A stretch of DNA of 64,000 nt from a virus. Under the pieces are notes generated by a model, which did no database searches, was not told the origin of the DNA, and worked only from the letters and a program-made list of their open reading frames with translations. Positions 1 to 11,022 of the stretch are shown piece after piece (positions within the stretch are counted from its first letter, which is position 1; the number at the start of each line of letters is the position of its first letter). The stretch is taken from positions 1-64,000 of IMG/VR virus record IMGVR_UViG_3300032083_003484; one strand, 5' to 3'. Both the position numbers and the translations under genes were made by a program.

Positions 1-392
1 TGGTCATCAAAAACGCACATAGCGTGTAAAACAAACTTTTCTGAGAGGTTTACTTGCTCATAACCCTTGAAAAGATGTAGATCCGGGTGTTTTAGGTTCT
101 GAACGATGGGAGTTAGGGCATCTTGGCGTGCTGAGTTCTTTAGATTTCCATCGTGGTTGCCCAAAAGAACATAAGTTGGCGCAATATCAGCCAAACTTGA
201 TAGGAAGTCTGATGCTAGCTCAACAAATTCGGGTGAAATCTGGGTCTTTGTGTGTGCGATGTCCCCTGTGTGAATAATAAAGTCGACATTTTCTTCTTTT
301 AAAGTTTTATAAAGCTGTGAAAATACTTGTCGATACTCTTTTTGGTATTTGTAGTTTCGGATGTGTGTGTCTGAAATTTGTGCAAAACGCAT
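1..392 (-). CDS. SbcD/Mre11-family metallophosphoesterase nuclease (T4 gp47-like), 3' end outside window
   Basis: Not in the ORF track. Manual translation gives MRFAQISDTHIRN...FIIHTGDIAH...LLGNHDGN, with the DxH, GD and GNHD phosphoesterase motifs. The ATG overlaps the primase stop (TAATG). Confidence 0.9.
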   Translation of the reverse strand, partial: MRFAQISDTHIRNYKYQKEYRQVFSQLYKTLKEENVDFIIHTGDIAHTKTQISPEFVELASDFLSSLADIAPTYVLLGNHDGNLKNSARQDALTPIVQNLKHPDLHLFKGYEQVNLSEKFVLHAMCVFDD

Positions 393-1348
393 TAAATCGC
401 CTCCAGTAAGTTTCTTGCTGTTAATTCGAATAAATCCTGTTGTAGGATAGGTGCTGCTTTTTTCTTTCGCAGTGAAAATTCGTTTTTGGGCATCTCTCCC
501 AAGTCATTAAAGCCGGATAAGTCAACCTTGAAGACTTCTACCTCAAAATCAAGTAGAAGTTTCATAATCTTTAGTTCTTTTTCGTATGCATCTGGATCTA
601 AGGCCAGATACACCGTGCTGTCGTTCTCAATAAGCTTGCGAAGCAGCAACGAATTCTCGGTCATTGTGGAACCAAGGAGTGGGACTGAGTTAGGTCCGGA
701 GACAATGGCGTCAAAAACACCTTCTGTAATCACAATGTCTTGGTCCCAATCGATAAAGAGTTCGTTAAATACAATGTTGCGGCTGGCTTTTGGGTTTTTA
801 TAGGCCGGCCATACGCTTTTATCGAAGGCCCTGGTAATAAAATAGTTTGGTGAGCCACTATCCCCAAAGGATGGAACAACCAAGCGGTCTTTATAGATGC
901 CCTTCTCACAAAAACCAACCTTCCAATAAGCAAGATCAAAATCAGTCAAGCCTCTGGAGCGTAGATAGTTGAGTGGTCGTCGCAAAGTTAGAGGTATTTC
1001 TCTTTTATGAAGCGCTTGGTACTCCTTTGGAAGCTGAACCACTTGCTGTTCTTCTTCATCTGAAATCTCAAATAAAAGCTTTTCGTCAAATTCAGAAAAG
1101 TCAATCTTTCTTGAGAACCGATCCCATTCTTTTAGAAGCGACCAGTTACCAAATTTCTTGACCAAACGACGAATGTTTCGCCCTGATGCGTCGCATACCC
1201 AACACTTATATACATTTTTTTCAACATTTAGTGAAAGCTTTGGTTTGCGGTGGTTACAAAAAGGGCAGTGAAATAAAAATTCACCGCCCGACCTGTAAGA
1301 ATGTCCTAACGCTTGTTTTATAATGTTTAGTTTTTCTCGTCCGTGCAT
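392..1348 (-). CDS. DNA primase (Zn-finger + TOPRIM)
   Basis: CPFC...CWVC zinc finger, YLRSRG, TOPRIM motifs ITEGVFDAI and LALDPDA, terminal DLGE. Confidence 0.9.
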   Translation of the reverse strand: MHGREKLNIIKQALGHSYRSGGEFLFHCPFCNHRKPKLSLNVEKNVYKCWVCDASGRNIRRLVKKFGNWSLLKEWDRFSRKIDFSEFDEKLLFEISDEEEQQVVQLPKEYQALHKREIPLTLRRPLNYLRSRGLTDFDLAYWKVGFCEKGIYKDRLVVPSFGDSGSPNYFITRAFDKSVWPAYKNPKASRNIVFNELFIDWDQDIVITEGVFDAIVSGPNSVPLLGSTMTENSLLLRKLIENDSTVYLALDPDAYEKELKIMKLLLDFEVEVFKVDLSGFNDLGEMPKNEFSLRKKKAAPILQQDLFELTARNLLEAI

Positions 1349-1845
1349 AGTTGTAGTCCCGCCCTGGCAATGATAAGTGAATCAGCCCGATCGAAAGTGT
1401 CGGGCTTGGGATTGCCATGTCTTGTATACTCTACCACGAATAAGGGCTCCGTGTCAAGCAAATGTTGCAGGACTTGTTTTTTTGCCGGTGTCCCCTTGGT
1501 TATTTTGATGCCGGCAAGTTTTCGAGCCGAGGTTGCGGCAATGTATCCTGGCTCTAGGGACCATTCTTTATAAGCAAGCCAAGAGACAACGCCATTAAAA
1601 CGAGAGAGAGTAGAAAGAGTTGCAGCTGAGCTAAATCCCGACCGAAAAGATTGTAAAGATTGCTCAATAAAAATCTTATCTGGTTCTTGAGAAAGACTTT
1701 TAAAATACTCAGCAACTTTTTCACTCTTTAAAAAGAAGTTCTTATACTTACGAAGATCTATAGAATCATTTAAAATAATGTTATTATTATAATCTAATAA
1801 CGTTATACCTGTTATACTTGTACTTATATCTAAACCTAAAATCAT
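1327..1845 (-). CDS. RuvC-like Holliday junction resolvase
   Basis: ILGLDIS (catalytic D), IFIEQ, DRADS; RNase H-fold RuvC pattern. Confidence 0.85.
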   Translation of the reverse strand: MILGLDISTSITGITLLDYNNNIILNDSIDLRKYKNFFLKSEKVAEYFKSLSQEPDKIFIEQSLQSFRSGFSSAATLSTLSRFNGVVSWLAYKEWSLEPGYIAATSARKLAGIKITKGTPAKKQVLQHLLDTEPLFVVEYTRHGNPKPDTFDRADSLIIARAGLQLCTDEKN

Positions 1846-1869
1846 ATAATGATCTTATCATATATTTTA

Positions 1870-3027
1870 TTAGATGTCAAGCTTTAGTTTAAAAGTTATA
1901 TCTCTAGATTCAGTTTTCTTTACGGGTCTGGCCAAAGAAGCAATTGCAATAAGGTTTTTATCTTCATCGTATAAGCCTATTTTAGATATATAAGTTGTTT
2001 TCTCAAATGGGGCTGTTGGATCTTGATAAGATGCTGATGTTATATTTTTTATTATTCTTGCTGGCTCTCTAAAACTACCAACAGACCCAGTAAACTCTAT
2101 AGGCTTGTGACTATCTTTTGTATAGAATGTTGGGTTTTCAGATTGGTTTAGTTCTCCACGAGGAGCTGTGCAAAACATTAGCTTTGTATTGACTTCGCTG
2201 GTAGACTCAAAATGAAGATGGAAAGAAGAAGATGGCAGTGCGGCTGTGTATTCAATGTTTCCTTGAATTCCAGCTGTGTAATAATACCACTTAAATGGTT
2301 CTTCGGTGCCTCCAGACTGGTCATAATTATCAATGTTGTCGGTTGTGACATTCCAAGATCCAGTAAGCAAGATAGCGCCCATGTCTCTTAGTACCACACC
2401 AGCAACTGAACCGGTGTTTGTGTCTATTGGTAGAGTTTGGACTAACTCTCCCTTAGCGTTTGCTTCCAAGCGTCCTGTGAGCGTTCCAGTGACATAAAAG
2501 TCTAGTTTCAGAGTATCCGCCTTCATTCCTGAACCAAAGAAGATGGAAGGGACATCAATAAGCGCTATATCCTGTGTGCTCTTATCTCCAAGTGATGAAG
2601 AATACGCAAAGTGGTTAGAATAAAGCCTGCGTCTGTTTAGAGTGTTTTTTAAAGATACTATTTCTCTTCTTGTTGATCCCGTATAAAAGTTTCTTGTAAT
2701 GCTAGCAGAAAGAGGATAAGATCCTGAAATAACATCTCCATAGGAAAATGCATTATAAGAAGCTTCACTAACAGTGCTCATGTTGTTCAAAGAGGCGCCT
2801 TTAACAACAAAAGGGTAAATCAAGTTATCGCTAGCACGATCAACATTCATCTCGTAAAGGGAAATGAAGCCGGATGGAACACCATTTATTGTTGAGCCAA
2901 GCGAGGCAGCGCTGTTTGGCGCTCCGTTATAATAAACAGTTCTATCGTTAACAAAAAAGGAGCACGATGGGTTGACCACCCGAAGTTGGTCGACCACATC
3001 GTTTTGCTTGAACTGATAGAACTTCAT
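1870..3027 (-). CDS. Virion/baseplate-associated structural protein
   Basis: C-terminal ISKIGLYDEDKNLIAIA resembles the tail-collar/fibre-attachment motif; paralogous to 3029..4054; lies in the structural block. Confidence 0.6.
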   Translation of the reverse strand: MKFYQFKQNDVVDQLRVVNPSCSFFVNDRTVYYNGAPNSAASLGSTINGVPSGFISLYEMNVDRASDNLIYPFVVKGASLNNMSTVSEASYNAFSYGDVISGSYPLSASITRNFYTGSTRREIVSLKNTLNRRRLYSNHFAYSSSLGDKSTQDIALIDVPSIFFGSGMKADTLKLDFYVTGTLTGRLEANAKGELVQTLPIDTNTGSVAGVVLRDMGAILLTGSWNVTTDNIDNYDQSGGTEEPFKWYYYTAGIQGNIEYTAALPSSSFHLHFESTSEVNTKLMFCTAPRGELNQSENPTFYTKDSHKPIEFTGSVGSFREPARIIKNITSASYQDPTAPFEKTTYISKIGLYDEDKNLIAIASLARPVKKTESRDITFKLKLDI

Positions 3028-3028
3028 T

Positions 3029-4054
3029 TTAGTAGTCTAGTCTGACTCGTAATGTAAGCTCGTTTGTTGGATCTTTTTTGAGTGGCTCTGAAAGCTTTGC
3101 GGTAGCTAAAAGAACGTTGTCTGATGAATACAGGCCAATGGAAGTTACATAAGACGCAGGAGTGTCTGTTCTAGCATTCTTTATAACAACCTGTGAGCCC
3201 GATAGGTATGTTGAGTTTGATGAATAGTTAAACTCGTTGGAGCCGGCACGGCAGAAGTAAATACTTGAGTTGAGTTCCGTTGTGTTGTTAAACTGGACGT
3301 TGTCAAGCCTGTGCCTAAAGCCATCAGTTGAGCCGGTTATTGATGAGCCGGTTAAAACTGCATCAATGTCTTCATCGTCAACATTAAAGCCGGACGGCTG
3401 GGCAAAAAGGTTAAAGACACTGGCTGTTAAAACAGTAATTCCCGCTTGATAATAAACATGACCAACTGGAGTACCAGTACCGGCTGAGTTGGTGTATAAT
3501 AAGCCATATTCTCCTGCAGGCGAGTTAACTTTGTAATCAGTCTGAGCGCCAGCATCATAAACAGTATTAGATTCGGTCAAATTAGTGTAAGTACCACTCA
3601 AATAAGCAGTCATTTGGAATGAGCCTTTTTTAATTTCATCCTTGACGAGCAAGCGTGAGAAGGGGAAAAAGAAGCATTCTTTCATTTTCGTGCCGCCGCC
3701 TGATATATCACCGTCCTGATCAAAATCTTGAATTGAGCCAGTAACATCAGGCTGAACTAAAACTTTTGCAAACTGATTATAAATGTTTATCTTTTTAGCG
3801 TTCTGGATGCTAGCAGCGCCTGATAATGATGAATTTGCAGAGTAACCAACAGTTATATCAAATATGTGGTTTGCTGAAGAGCTTAGATAGGGATAGTCAT
3901 AAACAGACTGAAACATACCGTGAGCATAGTTTTTGATATTGTTGTCAGAATAAGTTCCTGATACAATTGTGCCAGTAATTGGAATAACCTCGTGAAGGTT
4001 TGTTGCCGTTACTGTTTGGTCGTCCGATCCGAATGTTTTAAATGTTGATGCCAT
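3029..4054 (-). CDS. Virion/baseplate-associated structural protein
   Basis: C-terminal VTSIGLYSSDNVLLATAKL; Ser/Thr/Gly-rich; paralogous to 1870..3027. Confidence 0.6.
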   Translation of the reverse strand: MASTFKTFGSDDQTVTATNLHEVIPITGTIVSGTYSDNNIKNYAHGMFQSVYDYPYLSSSANHIFDITVGYSANSSLSGAASIQNAKKINIYNQFAKVLVQPDVTGSIQDFDQDGDISGGGTKMKECFFFPFSRLLVKDEIKKGSFQMTAYLSGTYTNLTESNTVYDAGAQTDYKVNSPAGEYGLLYTNSAGTGTPVGHVYYQAGITVLTASVFNLFAQPSGFNVDDEDIDAVLTGSSITGSTDGFRHRLDNVQFNNTTELNSSIYFCRAGSNEFNYSSNSTYLSGSQVVIKNARTDTPASYVTSIGLYSSDNVLLATAKLSEPLKKDPTNELTLRVRLDY

Positions 4055-4073
4055 TTTTTCTCTCTTTTATTTA

Positions 4074-5024
4074 TTATGAATTATTTTTTAAGAACCTGAT
4101 TGGTATCTGGACGGTGTAACCAGTTGACGCACCATAGATTGTAACAAATGAGTCAATATACTTAACATTGGCTGCAACGTCGGTATAATAGTCAATTGTA
4201 GCGCTAGTATCAACAGAACCGAATAAGTCAAAGTAGTAATCTGATTCTGCCAAGTCAATCTTCGGACGAATACGAAGCTGCAATATATTTCCTCTAGGGC
4301 CTGAAATAACCTGACCAGGTTGGCTACTGTTATTTCTATTTGCCCTTACGAAGGACGTGTCTGTTGTTGCACTAACCATGTAAGTTGCAATATCATCATC
4401 ATCAACGTTACTTGGGGTCTTTTCTGTAAGTTCTTCACTATTCAAGCCAGAAATTAGACCACCTAGTCGATTGTCCATCTCGATTATAAATGTATCTTCT
4501 CTAAGATCGGATGATAGGCCAGCGCCGGGGCTAATAGACGTAGTGTCTAAGCCTTGATCTACCCTAATGAATCGATTGCCGGTAGAGGATAGTTCATCGT
4601 CAGCAGGAGAGCGCAAGATGCCAATGTTATCCCCTGAGAATTTATCGTTTGTTGTTTTATCGACAGGGATTAGGAATGTATCTGCACCAAAATTTGCTGC
4701 TACTGGTCCTCGGCTGTCCGTATCGTTGAGTTTGATGACCGGTAGGTAAAGCAAGTTTGGATTGTTGATTGTTATGATCTTTGACTTCATTGACGACCCA
4801 TTGTTCGTGAATGCTTCAAAGATAGGAGTTTGGAGGATTTCTAGATCGAAGTAGGCAGAGCCACTTGGGTGGTTCTTGTCATAAAGGCCATAATCAATCT
4901 CATCGTCGCCTAAAGCAAACTTTGTGATTCTAAATGTTCCTTTTCCTTCTGCTAGGCGTCGTCGCCCTTCGTCTGTCAAGACTGCATCGAGTATGATGTC
5001 GCCTGAATTGTCTAAAAATGCCAT
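4074..5024 (-). CDS. Virion structural protein with tail-collar-like N-terminus
   Basis: VLTDEGRRRLA...ITKFALGDD N-terminal motif; SD AAGGAG and CTATTTA motif upstream. Confidence 0.6.
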   Translation of the reverse strand: MAFLDNSGDIILDAVLTDEGRRRLAEGKGTFRITKFALGDDEIDYGLYDKNHPSGSAYFDLEILQTPIFEAFTNNGSSMKSKIITINNPNLLYLPVIKLNDTDSRGPVAANFGADTFLIPVDKTTNDKFSGDNIGILRSPADDELSSTGNRFIRVDQGLDTTSISPGAGLSSDLREDTFIIEMDNRLGGLISGLNSEELTEKTPSNVDDDDIATYMVSATTDTSFVRANRNNSSQPGQVISGPRGNILQLRIRPKIDLAESDYYFDLFGSVDTSATIDYYTDVAANVKYIDSFVTIYGASTGYTVQIPIRFLKNNS

Positions 5025-5044
5025 GCATGAACTCCTTTTCTTAC

Positions 5045-5055
5045 TATAAATAGTT
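5045..5055 (-). promoter_or_regulatory. Candidate late promoter AACTATTTATA
   Basis: Intergenic, 20 nt upstream of the ATG at 5024; recurrent motif. Confidence 0.65.
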
Positions 5056-5074
5056 GTTAAATAATTTTATTCTA

Positions 5075-8000
5075 TTATGTATAATCAATACCACCACGGC
5101 TAATAGAGCCTAGGGTGTTTGCGGCGTCACCTTCTACTACCTCACGGGCCGTACCTGCTCTTTCACCGGCAGTCTCAAACTGTTCTTCACGAATGTTTTC
5201 TAGAGCCCGGTCCATAAGAGTGGCCCTAGGGCGCCCAGTTGGCACTGGGTCGCCTTCGTTTCTTCTTGCTATGGCATCTTGTATGTCTTTCTCTGTGACA
5301 GTATCTGGTACCATAGTTCTTCTTTCTTTTGTTGCAATGTTAAAATCGTTTAGAACATATTTAAACTCAACAAAGATTGACTTACCTGTTTTTTTAGATT
5401 TTAACTCAAGCATATACCTTTGATTGATAATGTTGTTTTGTGATTCTACCTTATCTGGATCTACACTTGATGGTAAAGCGCCTCTACCGAGAACTACTGA
5501 TGAAACATCCTCTGATTTCTTTCCATTAAATTGCCCACGAACAAAAGAGATCTCTTGAGCGTTAGGCCTGATCTTTATAAACCTTCTTACATTTTTGGAA
5601 TTAGTATCTTTTTTAATTTTTCTGAACTCTCCATCAGCCCCTAAAACACCAAACATTTCTTCAAGAGAAAATGTAGAAAGCAAAGGCTGGAGCGCTCCTT
5701 CGTTATCGACTAGCGTAAACTTAAATACTTCAGTTGGGTTGGAAATGTTTCCGTGAAAGTCCAAGGTTCTGAAAAGATAGTAATAGTCTACATTAGCAAC
5801 TATGTTATCCATAAAGGAAGTGCCGTCTGTGCTTTGATCTTTAGATGTTACACTTCTTATGATTCTTTTTCCTCTAACAAAATCTCGAATCGATTCTGGC
5901 TTTCGGTCTAACCTGAATACTTCGAAGGCTGCTGGAGTTTCATCTGAGTGGAATCTTATCTTTTCATCTTGTCTTACTTTTTGGGACTGTCTTATCTTTT
6001 GGAATAAAGCTCTATCTCCACTCTCAAGCACCACAGGCATTGCGTGTTCTGTTGCGTTCATTGATGAGAGTCTAATCTTGACTCGGTCACTAAAATCTTT
6101 TACCGGATAAAACTCAACGTTTGGTCTAACTGGGGGAGCGTCTGTTAGGACTGAATTCTCAAAAGCCAATGGAAGTTCTATTATCTTTGGCTGCTGACTG
6201 GTTCTTACCTTTGAACCTAAAACGTATCTGTCTTCTTCGGGGCGGGACCCAAGGTCAACACCCAATTCTATATTAGTGGCCACCTCATAGCGATAAGAAC
6301 TTTCTAAAACAAATGCTAATGCGGATAAAGAGTATTCGTATTCTTGATTTGGCTTGACTTGAGTATCAAAAAACTCTACAAGTTCTTCTGGTCTGTTGAA
6401 GATAAAGAACTGCTGACGGGCGCCTGTTAGGGTGTTTCTTTTACCAACCTTGTAAGCAAAAATCTCAAAATAGTTGTTTTTTCTTGACAAAAATAGGTCT
6501 TTTAGATTTGGAAGGTTGTCTGATGCGATATTTCCGATGGTTGTTTTAAGTTGATCAAGAAATTCAAAATTTGAAATAATTCCTTCATTTCTATAGTTGG
6601 TTAAGTTGAGATTATTCTTGTAGGGTGTTATAAAGCTTGAATTAAAACGCTCTACTTGCTCAAAAATGTCTGGCTTACCAATTATTTCAGTTTGTCCGGT
6701 TGACCTATTAATGGTGAATGGTTGTGTTGTATTGTTGAAGATTGTAGAAAAATCAAACTCTCTTGCCTCTCTAGTTGAAGTTGTTGTTGGTTGACCGGTA
6801 AAGTAATCAGTAATGGAAAGATTTTTTTGTCTTGATGTTATCTCACTTGCAGATGTTGCCGTGCCGTCCATCAAGTTGAGCATTATTTCTGCTTCTAGGT
6901 TATAGTTTGTTAGGATGTTCAACAAATTAAACTGGCTTGAAGGAAGATCCGAGATTTCTATCCTGTTGCCGAATGGGAAGAGTGATTGAAAATTAAAGTT
7001 TTGTGAGACTGTCGGATCAATCAAAATTAATCTTCTCTTTTGTTGGTCGGGCAGCTCTCCGTATGCCTCTTCAAACTCAACATTATTAAGGTTTTTGATT
7101 GAGATGCCAAACTTGTTGTATAAGTCTCTTGTTAGTTCACCAGATTGCTGACTAGTTTGCACTGGCTCTAAATCAAAAGGCCCAAAAAACAGCTTTTCTT
7201 TTAGTTCGTTGATATAGTTTGTTATTGTTGCAGTTGGCCGGTCTTCTTGGCGCATGTTATCTACCAAGGCTTCTAAGTACTTTATTATGCTAAAGAGATA
7301 GCCTGATGGCATCAAGCTTTCCTCAAAGCCTGTATAGAATCGGCTTGAGGGTGCTCTTTCTCCGAATTCGTACTCTCTAGATAAGAAATTGTAGTTCTCG
7401 TCGACAATAAATCTTAGATCAGATACTGCTTCTAAATTTGACTCTTTCTCCATCTTTACTAGCGTCTCGGGCACTTGCGCTAGAGTGTTAATGCTTAAAT
7501 CTAAGTATGAAGTGGCTATTTCTGATCTATCGACAAACGGCTTCATTCCTACCGGGCGAATAGTGAATTTTACAGAACTAAGGCCGGCTCTGGGTGCTAA
7601 GAGCGAAATTGTTTCTTCACACTTGTCCATCAGTGCGTGTGTGGCATAGTCATCGATAAGGTTGTATTTCCGACCTTCGAAATCGCCTCTCTGCAGGAAC
7701 TCGATGAAAACTTCCCGTGAATGAAAAACTTTTACCCATTCTAAGCTTCGAAAGTGAAACTTAATGTCTTGGAAAGATTCATAAAATAAAGATTGTTCGT
7801 CTTCGCCAACCTTTTGGACTGTTTTGTTTTTTATAAATCGAATCTTTGAGAAAGGTATACGGTATTCGAACTGAAAACTTTCCTGGAATCTTATAGTGTC
7901 ACCATCAAACGTTACTCGATCGTCAAATTTGGCAATGTTGCCTATCGTGACTTCTTCATCGGTTGTTGTTTTGTATCTGGCCAGTCCGGTTAGATAACGG

Positions 8001-8176
8001 AAAACATCGATGTTTGCCGGGATAACCTCTTCTATCGTTTCGCCGGTTTCTGTCGAGACGATAACTTCCCCACCAAACCTACTTTGAGGAAGGAAATCTG
8101 TCTGCTTTAAGTTTAGATCGAAAACAGTTTCATTATTGTAAAATTGTAAACTTCTATTTGATAAAATTGCTGACAT
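5075..8176 (-). CDS. Large hypothetical protein, probably structural (C-terminal FN3/Ig-like beta repeats)
   Basis: 1033-aa ORF; FFDTQVKPNQEYEY and FMDNIVANVDYYYLFRT resemble fibronectin-III strands. Confidence 0.5.
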   Translation of the reverse strand: MSAILSNRSLQFYNNETVFDLNLKQTDFLPQSRFGGEVIVSTETGETIEEVIPANIDVFRYLTGLARYKTTTDEEVTIGNIAKFDDRVTFDGDTIRFQESFQFEYRIPFSKIRFIKNKTVQKVGEDEQSLFYESFQDIKFHFRSLEWVKVFHSREVFIEFLQRGDFEGRKYNLIDDYATHALMDKCEETISLLAPRAGLSSVKFTIRPVGMKPFVDRSEIATSYLDLSINTLAQVPETLVKMEKESNLEAVSDLRFIVDENYNFLSREYEFGERAPSSRFYTGFEESLMPSGYLFSIIKYLEALVDNMRQEDRPTATITNYINELKEKLFFGPFDLEPVQTSQQSGELTRDLYNKFGISIKNLNNVEFEEAYGELPDQQKRRLILIDPTVSQNFNFQSLFPFGNRIEISDLPSSQFNLLNILTNYNLEAEIMLNLMDGTATSASEITSRQKNLSITDYFTGQPTTTSTREAREFDFSTIFNNTTQPFTINRSTGQTEIIGKPDIFEQVERFNSSFITPYKNNLNLTNYRNEGIISNFEFLDQLKTTIGNIASDNLPNLKDLFLSRKNNYFEIFAYKVGKRNTLTGARQQFFIFNRPEELVEFFDTQVKPNQEYEYSLSALAFVLESSYRYEVATNIELGVDLGSRPEEDRYVLGSKVRTSQQPKIIELPLAFENSVLTDAPPVRPNVEFYPVKDFSDRVKIRLSSMNATEHAMPVVLESGDRALFQKIRQSQKVRQDEKIRFHSDETPAAFEVFRLDRKPESIRDFVRGKRIIRSVTSKDQSTDGTSFMDNIVANVDYYYLFRTLDFHGNISNPTEVFKFTLVDNEGALQPLLSTFSLEEMFGVLGADGEFRKIKKDTNSKNVRRFIKIRPNAQEISFVRGQFNGKKSEDVSSVVLGRGALPSSVDPDKVESQNNIINQRYMLELKSKKTGKSIFVEFKYVLNDFNIATKERRTMVPDTVTEKDIQDAIARRNEGDPVPTGRPRATLMDRALENIREEQFETAGERAGTAREVVEGDAANTLGSISRGGIDYT

Positions 8177-8181
8177 TATAA

Positions 8182-11022
8182 TTATCCTTCAAAGTTCTCA
8201 ACCGCTTCTTCGAGCTGTTCCTGTGTTAGATTGCCGATTGTGGCTAGTTGTATTGAGTCTCCTACCTCAGTTAGGCGTGGCCCTGGCTCAACACTGTTTA
8301 TAAAGAAATGTTCCGCTTCTCCCTTGAGCCCCAAAAGGTTGTTGCTGTTTAAGTACCACATAGTGTTTTTATGTCCTATGTTATAATTAGACATCTTACA
8401 AAATAGTGCGCTGTTCGGCTCAAAACTTTCAGATGGCGGTATGGTCTCAAAAATAGGGCTGGAAAGATTAGGCTGGCCGTCCTCTAAGGTACTAAAGCCT
8501 GTTAGCGTTTGTATTTCTTTGATGTTTGCGAAGTTGAGTCTGATAAATGAGGAATTGAGGGCGCTTTGCAAGACTGTCTGGCCACCACCCCAGAAGAAAG
8601 TTATCCTTCCTTGATCTGGCGTCGTTTGGAATGTCTCATAAAGCGAGTATAGGGGGTATGGTAATCTAATCTCTGAAATAATGGAACCATCACCGCTAAC
8701 TGTCGGAGACCCCTTGATTGATCTTATGGATTCTAAAAATTGTGTTGAGTTTCTCAAGCCTGCATCTAGCAATAAAGAGTCATAATTGGTTGGGTGCTCT
8801 ATTAGGTTCTCAACATAATCTAAAAATAATGTTAGGACGCTCAGCCTATTCTCGATGGTGGCGTTTAGTTCGTCTAAATCCTCGAAATTCTCATCCAAGT
8901 TGTAGATTGCTTCTACGATTTCGTTATTTTCGTCTTCTGATGGTCGTAAAACTTCATTTGATACTGCGCTCTCTAGGATAGAATCAGTTGTTTCTCTTGT
9001 AAAGTCATCAGACTTGTCGACAACGAAAGGAAATGGAATAAAAGAGATAAGGTTGTATACTTCGTTTATCGCATTGTATAAGCTAGACTTAAGTGCTGGG
9101 CTTTCTGGTGATGTTTCTTCGAAACGCTCAATGTTGATGTTTGACAGTTTGTTTTTGATAATGTTTAATGCTGTCAAGTAGCTAGACTTTGCGCCTTGGA
9201 TTTCTGACACCTCTGAATAGAAACCCGGTCTAGTGTTGTCAAAAACAACTTCGTTTCGTTTCTTTACCGATCGGACAGTAAGATAGTCCATTGTTGGCAC
9301 TACACTATAACGATCAGGGTTCTCTATACCGGCTATAGCAGGAGATCTAGTGGGGGTATCTGTTGTGAAGTACTTGCGTACATTCTCGTTCATCAAAAGC
9401 CCATAAGCGCCTTGGGTTATCGCTGGGAAGTTAGTTGTTGGCCCACCGCCCATATATGAATACCTTAGAGAATAGTCTTCTGGCTTAAACTCATATCCAA
9501 AGGAGTGCTTGACTTTGATTAGAGTTTTCTCAGGGTTTGTTGAGCTTCCACTCTTTCCTTTCCCGCTAAAGGCGCCCGATAGTTGGAAACCAACTCCAAG
9601 GAAAACTTGCTGAAGTTCTTTCACTAGGCTATCAAAGAACCTAAAGAATAACTCAAAAGAGTATTCATTTGTATTCGCATTTTCATCCAAAGAGATTAGC
9701 TTTTTTAGTTCGACAATGGCGAAGCGCACAGATAATACCAGATCAATAGAATCAAACTTTGCAGTTGCTTGGATTATCTCTTCCATGACTTTGATAAAGT
9801 AGTCTATGCGATCCGGATAATCTTGAGCTTTGCTGCTGTCAAACTCATTCTGAAGGTCTTCTCGTAATGTTGGTAAACCATTTCGGTAAAAAGCTTGTGT
9901 TCCTCGTCTGTAAAAAACAGGCTTAGCAAAAGCGTCGTCCATAAAGGATCTAAAGCTTTCAATCTCTCTTGTATTATTTATTAGTTGTTCTATAACCGGA
10001 TAAATACCATTGAGGAAAATAATGTTTGTATTAAAGTTGTATTTTAGGTTCTTTGAGTATTCTCTTATCTCGTCGCCGCCGGTAAAAGCAATAACGTTCT
10101 CTGGGAGATTTAAGATCGTACGACCGGTTACTTGTGAAGTTTCTAAAGAGTTGTCCAAGAACTCTGGCGCTGTAGTTTCGATGTTGCTTTCTTTTTTAAA
10201 CAACTGATCTTTAATGATTGTTGATTCTAATGCTCTTTCTTGCTCTTTTTTAGATAGCAAAGAAAATAAGTTAGAGTTGTTTTCTAGGATCTTTCTTAGA
10301 TCTAGGAAGTATAAAAAGTTAAACCTATCATCTTTTATGCTTGGAAACAACTGAGAGAACGCTGCCGCCTTGAGTTCGGTAGTTGCGGGGTCAACCTCCT
10401 GTGCTCGGTTTAGTAAACTTGTCGGGCCACTCAGAGCGGTTTGTATTACTAGGATTTCGGGATTTTCCGGAATGTATATGGTGTCACTTTCTTTTATTGG
10501 AAAAAAAGTAGAACTTAAGAATCTTTCATTTCCAGAGAGAACCGATGGGGAATAGTCGACTACCCGAGTACAAAAAGCAAAAATGTTTCTTCTTTCAAAT
10601 GCTTCTTGTGTGTGTTGGACATCAAAAGTACCTATCCTGTATACGCTGTTACCATCTGGTGTTGTTCTTAGAAGTTTTGTACTTAAAATTAATTCTATGT
10701 CTTCTTCAGAGAGCTTATTCTTAAGAGAGATACCAGATGACAAAAAAGAAAAATCAATATCAACGTATTCTGTTGGAATATTTCTTTGCAGAACATCTCT
10801 TTTTAGCCGATCTTGGTCCCCTTTATAGGTATTATAAAACAAGTCGGTATCGATAGCAGCAGTTGCTAGCCGAAACTGCATCTGTATACCTCGGCCAACG
10901 AACTCAGCGGCCTCTCTTGTTGGTATTTCAAGACTTAGATCTACTTTTGTTCCCGCTTCAGAAACATACAACTTATCAAAAATAATTTTTTCGCCGGAAA
11001 TTCCGGTTGTGGTTATAACCAT
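8182..11022 (-). CDS. Large hypothetical protein in the structural block
   Basis: Long ORF; start moved to the ATG at 11022, which is TAATG-coupled to the upstream stop. Confidence 0.55.
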   Translation of the reverse strand: MVITTTGISGEKIIFDKLYVSEAGTKVDLSLEIPTREAAEFVGRGIQMQFRLATAAIDTDLFYNTYKGDQDRLKRDVLQRNIPTEYVDIDFSFLSSGISLKNKLSEEDIELILSTKLLRTTPDGNSVYRIGTFDVQHTQEAFERRNIFAFCTRVVDYSPSVLSGNERFLSSTFFPIKESDTIYIPENPEILVIQTALSGPTSLLNRAQEVDPATTELKAAAFSQLFPSIKDDRFNFLYFLDLRKILENNSNLFSLLSKKEQERALESTIIKDQLFKKESNIETTAPEFLDNSLETSQVTGRTILNLPENVIAFTGGDEIREYSKNLKYNFNTNIIFLNGIYPVIEQLINNTREIESFRSFMDDAFAKPVFYRRGTQAFYRNGLPTLREDLQNEFDSSKAQDYPDRIDYFIKVMEEIIQATAKFDSIDLVLSVRFAIVELKKLISLDENANTNEYSFELFFRFFDSLVKELQQVFLGVGFQLSGAFSGKGKSGSSTNPEKTLIKVKHSFGYEFKPEDYSLRYSYMGGGPTTNFPAITQGAYGLLMNENVRKYFTTDTPTRSPAIAGIENPDRYSVVPTMDYLTVRSVKKRNEVVFDNTRPGFYSEVSEIQGAKSSYLTALNIIKNKLSNINIERFEETSPESPALKSSLYNAINEVYNLISFIPFPFVVDKSDDFTRETTDSILESAVSNEVLRPSEDENNEIVEAIYNLDENFEDLDELNATIENRLSVLTLFLDYVENLIEHPTNYDSLLLDAGLRNSTQFLESIRSIKGSPTVSGDGSIISEIRLPYPLYSLYETFQTTPDQGRITFFWGGGQTVLQSALNSSFIRLNFANIKEIQTLTGFSTLEDGQPNLSSPIFETIPPSESFEPNSALFCKMSNYNIGHKNTMWYLNSNNLLGLKGEAEHFFINSVEPGPRLTEVGDSIQLATIGNLTQEQLEEAVENFEG